In this document: piece by piece, positions 26,887 through 33,234 of the stretch
How positions within the stretch are numbered: the stretch's first letter is position 1
Layout of the letters: each line of letters opens with the position of its first letter
Virus record (IMG/VR): IMGVR_UViG_3300022745_000018
Location: 64,001 to 128,000 of that record
Source: a virus
DNA: 64,000 bases
Reading direction: 5' to 3' (one strand)
Position numbers and translations under genes: made by a program
Notes under the pieces: generated by a model
What the model was told of the DNA's origin: nothing
Database searches by the model: none
The model's input: the letters and a program-made list of their open reading frames with translations, nothing else

Positions 26887-27367
26887 ATGTTGTTTTATTC
26901 TTGGGAACGAACGTTTCGTCCAACGGTTTCCAAGTAATCGTTGTGAAATTCAGATCGAAATCTGGAATCGGTAACTCAGACGGTTCAATCACGTCTTTGA
27001 TGTTGTAGGCAACAGTCATATGACACTTATATGAAGGATACGTGCTCGTTGCGCCGTTATTCAATAGTACCCTATTCAATGCAGCGGCATAACGACTATC
27101 TATCCTCAGAACGAGACATTTACCTTCCGTCTTTGTCGGAAAGACTTCCCATTCAACTGGAGTTCCCGTGCATGAATTTGGTGTTGCTAAAGTAAACGGT
27201 TTCTTGATCGGTATATCGTCGATAGGTGTCTGCGAATAGATCACTGTGACGTGATACGTATCCGGGTCCAATCGTTCAGATAGACCAAACTTTTCAACGA
27301 AAGCGTCCAACTTATCCTTAGATTCCTCATCAGGATTTAGACAAACAAAAACTCCATCCAAACTCAT
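26885..27367 (-). CDS. 2H phosphoesterase, T4 gp57B/Acb1-like (candidate anti-CBASS nuclease)
   Basis: Two HxT motifs (YHVTVIYS, CHMTVAY), GATSTYPSY; located next to tRNAs as 57B is in T4; start moved to MSLDG. Confidence 0.75.
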   Translation of the reverse strand: MSLDGVFVCLNPDEESKDKLDAFVEKFGLSERLDPDTYHVTVIYSQTPIDDIPIKKPFTLATPNSCTGTPVEWEVFPTKTEGKCLVLRIDSRYAAALNRVLLNNGATSTYPSYKCHMTVAYNIKDVIEPSELPIPDFDLNFTTITWKPLDETFVPKNKTT

Positions 27368-27380
27368 GCGATTCTCCAAA

Positions 27381-27530
27381 TCACCAATGTCTGATAACAC
27401 CAGCGATGATAAAAATGTTAGTAATCACCGCGCTCAAGACCAAAATTGATCTAATGATTGCGACTCTATCGGCTTCATTGTTAGATGAACCAGATTTTTC
27501 TCCAAGAGCCTTTGCCCAAATTCTCCACAT
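27381..27530 (-). CDS. Small membrane protein (49 aa, not in ORF track)
   Basis: MWRIWAKALGEKSG...EADRVAIIR...ITNIFIIAGVIRHW, a motif recalled from T4-like aquatic phages. Confidence 0.7.
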   Translation of the reverse strand: MWRIWAKALGEKSGSSNNEADRVAIIRSILVLSAVITNIFIIAGVIRHW

Positions 27531-27548
27531 CACAAACCCTTCATTTCA

Positions 27549-27625
27549 TGGAACGCCGAGAGAGATTTGAACTCTCGAAAAATGGATTTGCAATCCATCG
27601 CATTAGACCACTCTGCCATCGGCGC
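27549..27625 (-). tRNA. tRNA-Cys(GCA)
   Basis: ATGGA-TTGCAAA-TCCAT, T-CCA. Confidence 0.9.
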
Positions 27626-27627
27626 AC

Positions 27628-27701
27628 TGGGGTGTAGTCGGGAATCGAACCCTGGCCAATTGGGTCACAACCAATTATTCTACCACTAAACTAACTACAC
27701 C
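27628..27701 (-). tRNA. tRNA-His(GTG)
   Basis: ATTGG-TTGTGAC-CCAAT, G-1:C73, imperfect T stem. Confidence 0.85.
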
Positions 27702-27708
27702 ATAAACA

Positions 27709-27785
27709 TGGCGGCTCGTATGGGACTCGAACCCATGACCTCCACCGTGACAGGGTGGCGCTCTAACCAACTGAGCTAACGAACC
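27709..27785 (-). tRNA. tRNA-Asp(GTC)
   Basis: CCACC-CTGTCAC-GGTGG, G-CCA. Confidence 0.92.
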
Positions 27786-27865
27786 ATTGAAGATTGCATA
27801 TACAATCCTCAGGAAATCCGACTGCAGAATTTATATAGACGCGCTGCAGCCTCCGCGCCATTGTC

Positions 27866-27940
27866 TGGCAGAGGAGGTAGGAATCGAACCTACGAATGTC
27901 GGGATCAAAACCCGATGCCTTACCATTTGGCTACTCCCCA
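27866..27940 (-). tRNA. tRNA-Gln(TTG)
   Basis: TCGGG-TTTTGAT-CCCGA, TAGCCAA D arm, G-CCA. Confidence 0.9.
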
Positions 27941-27947
27941 ACAAAAT

Positions 27948-28022
27948 TGGTACGACGTGCATGATTTGAACATGCGACCGACGGATTATGAGTCCGCTGC
28001 TCTACCGCTGAGCTAACATCGT
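27948..28022 (-). tRNA. tRNA with CAT anticodon (Ile2 or Met)
   Basis: GCGGA-CTCATAA-TCCGT, A-CCA. Confidence 0.85.
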
Positions 28023-28024
28023 AT

Positions 28025-28116
28025 TGGCTCCACTCCGAGGATTCGAACCTCGCTCCTACTTAATTCAGAACCTCCGGTTAACAGCCGGGTGCCTTCGCCT
28101 AGCCAGCACGAGTGGA
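28025..28116 (-). tRNA. tRNA-Asn(GTT) with a ~20-nt variable region and atypical D arm
   Basis: TCCACTC/GAGTGGA acceptor, CCGG-CTGTTAA-CCGG, G-CCA. Confidence 0.82.
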
Positions 28117-28120
28117 ATAT

Positions 28121-28216
28121 TCAAATCTTTTTAGATTTACTCTCTATCAAAACAGCATTTCCATGATGGAGGAACACAGATTTCCACTTTTCAACCAATT
28201 GCTCTACTGTTTTCAT
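28121..28216 (-). CDS. 31-aa mini-ORF resembling the gp23 capsid N-terminal propeptide
   Basis: MKTVEQLVEKWKSVFLHHGNAVLIESKSKKI; AGGA upstream; fills the Tyr-Asn spacer. Confidence 0.4.
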   Translation of the reverse strand: MKTVEQLVEKWKSVFLHHGNAVLIESKSKKI

Positions 28217-28239
28217 AAACGAGATCGTCCTATCAAATG

Positions 28240-28332
28240 TGGTGGGTGTGGTTGGAGTTGAACCAACAATGTTTACCACGAGGGGACGGGTTTACAGCCC
28301 GCCGATGCACACACCATAGCATCAACACACCC
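28240..28332 (-). tRNA. tRNA-Tyr(GTA) with an extended 5-bp D stem
   Basis: GCGGG-CTGTAAA-CCCGT, GATGC/GCATC D stem, A-CCA. Confidence 0.87.
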
Positions 28333-28338
28333 AATGAA

Positions 28339-28548
28339 CTTTATACACCTGACGACTCATTCGTCACGCCAGTTTTATTCGTGACCATTTTACCGATACG
28401 ATGAAGCAGCTGCTCGGATTGTGGTACGTAGAATTTAGTTGATAGCGGAGTTTACTAGTTTAGCCTCATTCGCAGAGATTCACTCGTTCGCACGGGTTTC
28501 GAAGCCGCACTTTCTCAACATCTACAACAAATCACCAGGTGTATAAAG
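28339..28548 (-). ncRNA. Putative structured ncRNA (~210 nt) closed by a 13-bp terminal stem
   Basis: CTTTATACACCTG ... CAGGTGTATAAAG; no credible ORF. Confidence 0.6.
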
Positions 28549-28559
28549 ACCGACATGCG

Positions 28560-28647
28560 GTACCATTGTTGAAACATGCTATGGGACCACGCTATAGGGG
28601 CATCGGTCATCCTCCCCAAGCTAATTAACATGTTTCAACAATGGTAC
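28560..28647 (-). ncRNA. Putative ncRNA/hairpin with a 19-bp stem overlapping the tRNA-Glu 3' end
   Basis: GTACCATTGTTGAAACATG ... CATGTTTCAACAATGGTAC. Confidence 0.55.
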
Positions 28648-28718
28648 TCAGTACGGGATTCGAACCCGTGTTACCGCCGTGAAAGGGCGGTGTCCTAGGC
28701 CAGCTAGACGAACTGAGC
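28642..28718 (-). tRNA. tRNA-Glu(TTC)
   Basis: CCGCC-CTTTCAC-GGCGG, GTCTAG..CTAGGAC D arm, A-CCA. Confidence 0.92.
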
Positions 28719-28725
28719 ATTGAAT

Positions 28726-28801
28726 TGGTCTCGGATGGAGGATTTGCACCCCCGGCCTCATGGTCCCAAACCATGCGCTCTACTCACTGAGCTAATCCGA
28801 G
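28726..28801 (-). tRNA. tRNA-Pro(TGG), variant T loop TGCAAAT
   Basis: CATGG-TTTGGGA-CCATG, C1:G72, A-CCA. Confidence 0.87.
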
Positions 28802-28859
28802 AAACATTTCGTTTGATGACTATTTATCAGTCTCTCGATTGATCTTTGGTGAAAAATCA

Positions 28860-28988
28860 ATTTTAACAGATGATGCTCTGACCTCTGGAGTCTTTTTCAC
28901 CGCGCTGGTTAGGCTGCTTCATACCGAGACTCGGGTACCAGCCAAGTTTATCGGTCTGCTATCAGTGATGAACATCATCTATTAAAAT
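28860..28988 (-). ncRNA. Putative structured ncRNA (~130 nt), 16-bp terminal stem
   Basis: Minus strand ATTTTAATAGATGATG/CATCATCTGTTAAAAT with one G.U pair. Confidence 0.6.
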
Positions 28989-29097
28989 CACTTCAATGGG
29001 TACGACTTGATACGTACTTGAGAAGATCACAAGTACGTCTCGAACCGTATCGCAACTCACCTACTGCATGTCCTATCCATGCCGCCACTGAAATGAT
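28987..29097 (-). ncRNA. Putative tRNA-shaped ncRNA (~110 nt), 13-bp terminal stem
   Basis: ATCATTTCAGTGG/CCATTGAAGTGAT (2 G.U), D-like arm GCATG/CATGC, T-like arm GTACG-TATCAAGT-CGTAC. Confidence 0.55.
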
Positions 29098-29102
29098 ATT
29101 CT

Positions 29103-29310
29103 ATATCTCAACTTCAGTGTTTCGATGCATGCTAAGATCGGCTTTCCAAGACGTTACTGATTGTAGCTGACGGGAGCGACCCGATTGCTGTGGCGTTTCA
29201 CCACCAATCTTTCCTACAAAACACGAAGTATTCGTGTGAGTGAAAGAAGCAAAACTGCCCTATCCGATGACTGCTTTTGTCCATGCATCGAAACACTGAA
29301 GTCGAAATAT
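29103..29310 (-). ncRNA. Putative structured ncRNA (~210 nt), 21-bp perfect (29-bp with G.U) terminal stem
   Basis: ACTTCAGTGTTTCGATGCATG / CATGCATCGAAACACTGAAGT plus internal hairpins. Confidence 0.65.
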
Positions 29311-29313
29311 TCC

Positions 29314-29618
29314 ATTGATAGTAGTTGCCACTGTAATTTCCGGCATTCACCATCACAACCACAAACTAATCTGCATTGCTACTCGTAAACTTGCAAATTA
29401 AGTATTGCCGTTCCATCTTTTGCATCGTTTAGTTCGCGTCTGTGATGCGTATCAGCCTACGCATTTACTATCAATTCTGCCTACCAGTCACTCTGGTGCT
29501 CCGCGTTGCTGGTAACGAACCAAGGCAGAATTGATAGCAGTGGGGTTCCACTACCCACACTCGAGTTTGATTACTGCGGTTCACTCCGCATATGGACTTA
29601 GAGATCTTGACTATCAAT
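29314..29618 (-). ncRNA. Putative ncRNA(s) delimited by four alternating ATTGATAG/CTATCAAT repeats
   Basis: Copies at 29314, 29468, 29530 and 29611; inner 15-bp stem 29468-29482/29523-29537. Confidence 0.55.
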
Positions 29619-29626
29619 AACATTCA

Positions 29627-29743
29627 TGGAGTGGCTGGAGGGATTCGAACCCACGACTCGCCCATGTTAGGAAATGTACATCTCATTAACATGTCGGCTG
29701 TGCATTATTCAGCTCATAACTCTACCAACTGAGTTACAGCCAC
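29627..29743 (-). ncRNA. tRNA-like RNA with canonical D and T arms and CCA but no anticodon arm (replaced by two hairpins)
   Basis: GTGGCTG-TA-ACTC-AGTTGGTA-GAGT ... GTGGG-TTCGAAT-CCCTC-CAGCCAC-T-CCA; terminal stem extended to 17 bp (29621-29753). Confidence 0.7.
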
Positions 29744-29759
29744 TCCATGAATGCTTTGT

Positions 29760-29786
29760 TGGTGCGCCTGGAGAGATTCGAACTCC
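29760..29786 (-). pseudogene. 3' fragment of a tRNA (T loop + CAGGCGC-A-CCA, Arg-like acceptor)
   Basis: GGAG-TTCGAAT-CTCTC-CAGGCGC-ACCA with the 5' half missing; abuts the endonuclease gene. Confidence 0.65.
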
Positions 29787-29822
29787 ATAAATATCATCAA
29801 ACTTTATTACACCACTGTTGTC

Positions 29823-30605
29823 ATGTCATACCAAAGATTGAAGTCATCCTGTTTGTCATGTAAAAGACTGATTTCTGCTAATTTATTAACCACACATGTG
29901 TCTAGCAAATCGTGTCAAACATACAAACAACCAAATATCATAAACGGACATTGTAGATTTTGCAATTTGCGCATGGCAGAAATAGAAAACAAAGAACGTG
30001 GAAATCACGTAAAATGGTGCAAAGAAAACCCAGAACGCGGCTTCATGAATGGTTCAAGACAAGCCATCTGCAATCAAATGAACACACCCGCTGCTAGATC
30101 AAAAGCAGTTCTTGGTATAAAAGCAGCCCACGCTAGTGGGCGATACGATGCATCCAATATCAGAAAGAAGAACAAACCCAGACATTCACACTCAATAGAA
30201 ACTAAAGCAAAATTATCAAAGATTGCTAGAGAATCGAAACACAGAAGAATTTGCAAAAGAACACACCAGTTCGTTGATAAAAGAGGGCGTGTTTATAAAT
30301 TCGATTCTTCATGGGAAGATGCACTAGCAACACGATTAGATGAACTAGATATCGAATGGACAAGACCGCATGAACCGATACCATATATCCTGAATGGTAA
30401 ACAACACCACTATTTCCCAGACTTCTTTTTACCAGATTACGATGTTTATCTAGACCCGAAAAACAGTTTCGTCATGAAACAACAATTGGAAAAGATAACG
30501 ATCATTTCCAATTCTGTGAAATTGATATGCATTACGTCTTTGAACGAATGTAAAAGTTTTTCAGTAGATTATATGAGCGCCAGACTGGACTCGAACCAGC
30601 ATTGA
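29823..30605 (+). mobile_element. Free-standing homing-endonuclease-like gene (Zn-finger-like N-terminus, NUMOD3-like HSIETKAKLS, C-terminal PD-(D/E)xK domain)
   Basis: FDSSWE...YFPDFFLP...YLDPKN; antisense to the tRNA cluster; A-rich; ATAAATA late-promoter-like motif at 29787-29793; start moved to MSYQR. Confidence 0.75.
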
Positions 30606-30651
30606 TTCCATTACACTGCTACGCTTTAGAAGAGCGTTGTGATACTGGCGC
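30576..30651 (-). tRNA. D-armless tRNA-Arg(TCT)-like RNA with a 20-nt variable region
   Basis: GCGCCAG-TATCACA-ACGCT-CTTCTAA-AGCGT-(20 nt)-GCTGG-TTCGAGT-CCAGT-CTGGCGC-T; stem extended to 15 bp (30569-30659). Confidence 0.6.
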
Positions 30652-30663
30652 TCATATAACCCA

Positions 30664-30767
30664 CAATTCAAAAGAACAATAACGTCTCTTCAATGCATCA
30701 GGCACATCAAAGCCATGTTGGTGGCGGCAACATCTTGGAAAAGAGTCCGCATCGTTCTTTTGAATTG
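30664..30767 (-). ncRNA. Putative structured ncRNA (~104 nt), 17-bp terminal stem
   Basis: Minus strand CAATTCAAAAGAACGAT ... ATTGTTCTTTTGAATTG (one G.U), internal hairpin ATGTTG-CCGCCAC-CAACAT. Confidence 0.55.
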
Positions 30768-30868
30768 GCTCTATTTCTAGAGCCAAAGGAATCAACTTAA
30801 TTTTTAATGAACATTACATACAGCGGTAACCGCCATTTGTTTTCGACTGTTTGTTTGTCGATGGATGA

Positions 30869-30895
30869 ATTTTATACAAGACTCATTCATGTGGT
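30869..30895 (-). promoter_or_regulatory. ACYACA-box promoter at the head of the ncRNA/tRNA cluster
   Basis: ACCACA-15nt-TAAAAT-TCATCCATCGACAAAC. Confidence 0.8.
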
Positions 30896-31192
30896 TGTTT
30901 TCATTTGCCTGCATTCTCTCATTGCCCATTCAATGGTTGAATCAACTTGAGAAATCAGTTCGGTGAATAACGGGCCACCTTCTTCTAATGCCACCTTATT
31001 GCTATCTACATGATAGTAAATGCACAAGAACCCAAATTTCGATTTGATCTGTGTGAACTTGACTGCATCCTCTCCAATCAACCACCAGATTTTTTCCATA
31101 GCATCACCGATCGTTTTATCCCATTCCGAGCAGACTGCAACATCACATCCAGTTGCGATCACCTTCAGAACTCTGGGATCTCGATCAGCCAT
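30887..31192 (-). CDS. Phage hypothetical protein (QIKSKFGFLCIY motif)
   Basis: Resembles the Q.KEKFG.LR.Y motif family; ends KTTT* over the promoter box. Confidence 0.7.
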   Translation of the reverse strand: MADRDPRVLKVIATGCDVAVCSEWDKTIGDAMEKIWWLIGEDAVKFTQIKSKFGFLCIYYHVDSNKVALEEGGPLFTELISQVDSTIEWAMRECRQMKTTT

Positions 31193-31373
31193 TCAACTGT
31201 TCTTGAGTCTGATAGCGTTTTGCATCTTCAGGAGTCTTGATCTCGAAAAGACCATCTGCGCCTTCGGATACATGTGCATCAGGATTCTTGCGGAAGATCG
31301 CATCGTAATTTGTTGCGAACGTACTGTAATCAGTAGGTCTCTGTTTAGAACCCTTACCTGCTTCATGAGCCAT
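31185..31373 (-). CDS. Small phage protein (AGKGSKQRPTD...NYDAIF)
   Basis: Motif recalled from many phages; GAGG RBS. Confidence 0.7.
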   Translation of the reverse strand: MAHEAGKGSKQRPTDYSTFATNYDAIFRKNPDAHVSEGADGLFEIKTPEDAKRYQTQEQLNG

Positions 31374-31376
31374 GAT

Positions 31377-32414
31377 TCACCTCACTCTAAACTTAATGTC
31401 ATTTGGATATTCACCACCCTTTGAATTTCGGATCTCTATTCGATAATCCTTAATGGGTGATGAGCAATTTATCGTTAACTGTTTGGATGTTTCTGATGGA
31501 TAAACTATCCGTTCGACTTCCACATCAGCCAATGTCTTCAATTTATTGTCGTCTATGAAGAAAGTTTCCCAACCGTCTTTGCGATCTCTTGCATAATAGT
31601 AATTGCAACCCCAAGCTCGGCGCATGATGTCTGTCGTTTCGTATTTGTTGTGACCGGTGGCTGGGATTTTCTGTCTATCCAGTATTATCCCATTCCTGGT
31701 ATCGAACGACTCTTGGAGTGTATTCAAGTTAACACCAAAGGATTGCAGAAACTTTGCACCAAACGAATGCTGGTCTAAGGTAGTACCATCAAATAACGAC
31801 TTCGCCCCGCTATATGACGAAAACGTATCGCCGTGTGCCGACTTCAATGAGATGTAATGTTTCTCACCAGTTTTCGTTGTCACGACGGCATCACCAACTA
31901 CAGACCCAAGATGTTCAATTGGTACATCAGATTTTCTAGTGGAACCTTTACGTTCAGATACATTAGCGATGTTTTGCTTATCCGGTAACCCTAAGTCAAC
32001 CAGCTTGGTAAACAAATCAGATCCCTTTGTTCCCTGTTCGCCGTCGAAGATTGCTTTACGTAGAGAATCGATGATCTGCTTCTCGAACTTATGACCACCG
32101 TTACCATTAGAAGCAATCACCAAATCATAGTCAACGTCTTCTATCGTAAAACTGAAACTTGGGAATTTTGAACTGTTTACAGAGATCTCGTTGAACTTGA
32201 TTCTTGAGATAGATCCTGGATACGACACCAGGACATCTGGAATGACATCCAGTACATTTACTAGCGGTGGTGTGTTAGTATCTATTGGATGGATCCGATA
32301 CTCTCTTGTAGACCCATCTAGACCGATCGTACCAGACTTGGCATAACCGATCCGGTATGAATGTTTCTTGAAAGAGTCATCCAGCCAAGAACCGAAGTCT
32401 TTGCGTGAAGGCAT
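31377..32414 (-). CDS. PD-(D/E)xK-like nuclease / hypothetical protein
   Basis: GHKFEKQI ... GDAVV ... YISLKS pattern. Confidence 0.55.
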   Translation of the reverse strand: MPSRKDFGSWLDDSFKKHSYRIGYAKSGTIGLDGSTREYRIHPIDTNTPPLVNVLDVIPDVLVSYPGSISRIKFNEISVNSSKFPSFSFTIEDVDYDLVIASNGNGGHKFEKQIIDSLRKAIFDGEQGTKGSDLFTKLVDLGLPDKQNIANVSERKGSTRKSDVPIEHLGSVVGDAVVTTKTGEKHYISLKSAHGDTFSSYSGAKSLFDGTTLDQHSFGAKFLQSFGVNLNTLQESFDTRNGIILDRQKIPATGHNKYETTDIMRRAWGCNYYYARDRKDGWETFFIDDNKLKTLADVEVERIVYPSETSKQLTINCSSPIKDYRIEIRNSKGGEYPNDIKFRVR

Positions 32415-32576
32415 TCAATGGCCGACACCGTTCTTAGCCAACCACCACAACCCAACATTAGAGAATGCATATCCAGAATAGACGATGGCCATAGGGACCG
32501 ATGACTTCATGAAGAGTTGCTCAGCCGCGATGTATGCATAGATGAGACCAGTGATAATGATCAATGAAGGTGACAT
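32415..32576 (-). CDS. Small two-TM protein (53 aa, not in ORF track)
   Basis: MSPSLIIITGLIYAYIAAEQLF...IVYSGYAFSNVGLWWLAK; fills the operon gap. Confidence 0.65.
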   Translation of the reverse strand: MSPSLIIITGLIYAYIAAEQLFMKSSVPMAIVYSGYAFSNVGLWWLAKNGVGH

Positions 32577-32577
32577 G

Positions 32578-33000
32578 TTACTTTACGATTTGTTTGATTG
32601 ATAGATCATTTCCAATTGAAGCGATAACTTCGTCGTAGATTCTGAACTTTTCCAAGAAATAGAAGTCCTTTACTCCACATTGGATTAAAAGGTTTGCGCA
32701 ATGCTCGCACGGACTATGTGTACAGACAACGATGCCGTTCTTCAAAGAGACACCTCTTCTAGCTGCGTGTGCGATCAGATTCTCTTCAGCATGAATGACG
32801 CCTCGTTTGGTTACAAGTTCACCATCAACAAGAACTTCGCATTCATTGTTAGATCCACGGCGTGTACCATTGTAACCATAGCAGATGATATCACCGTCGC
32901 TAGTCAATGCAACGGCACCAACTTTCAATCGCTGAGCCTTCGATTCCTGAGCTATTCGTGAAGCAAAGTCAGCAATCAACAAAAGATCATTCTGTCTCAT
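32578..33000 (-). CDS. cd: dCMP deaminase
   Basis: KVGAV, GYNG, HAEEN, HSPCEHCA Zn motif. Confidence 0.9.
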   Translation of the reverse strand: MRQNDLLLIADFASRIAQESKAQRLKVGAVALTSDGDIICYGYNGTRRGSNNECEVLVDGELVTKRGVIHAEENLIAHAARRGVSLKNGIVVCTHSPCEHCANLLIQCGVKDFYFLEKFRIYDEVIASIGNDLSIKQIVK

Positions 33001-33232
33001 CTGTCAACCAATGTTCTCTAAGGACTGCTTCAGACAATGCAGACAGGATGAATTTTGAAATGTCGGCCTCTAGCATCTCTTGAAACGAATCATGCGGAAA
33101 GAATGGGATCTCTGAGATTTCGTAATTGAAATCCAGATATGTATCCCCATCCGCGGCTTCACGAGTGGTAAAATTCGTCAAATAGACCGTCACACCAGCC
33201 ATTTCATAATCAGTTGGAATAGTAATAATCAT
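32987..33232 (-). CDS. Hypothetical protein
   Basis: 81-aa coupled ORF. Confidence 0.6.
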   Translation of the reverse strand: MIITIPTDYEMAGVTVYLTNFTTREAADGDTYLDFNYEISEIPFFPHDSFQEMLEADISKFILSALSEAVLREHWLTDETE

Positions 33233-33234
33233 GA

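Noticed and set aside
29627-29743. tmRNA or intron-containing tRNA
   Set aside because: No G3.U70 pair and no tag reading frame; the insert is too short for a group I intron and I could not reconstruct an anticodon arm by excision.
28339-29753. CRISPR or mini-CRISPR array
   Set aside because: The repeats are inverted, unit-specific and irregularly spaced; there is no constant direct repeat and no cas gene in the window.
29751-29822. Track start of the endonuclease ORF at 29751
   Set aside because: It runs through the antisense of the tRNA fragment; ATG 29823 lies downstream of the ATAAATA motif and is more plausible.
30619-30637. Amber suppressor tRNA (CTA) in the D-armless tRNA
   Set aside because: The 5-bp stem ACGCT/AGCGT frames a 7-nt loop CTTCTAA centred on TCT. 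Core genes translate full length in the standard code, so there is no sign of recoding.
29760-30651. Group I intron splitting one tRNA-Arg around the endonuclease
   Set aside because: The upstream RNA already has its own T arm and acceptor 3' strand, the fragment's T stem differs, and there is no room for an intron core.
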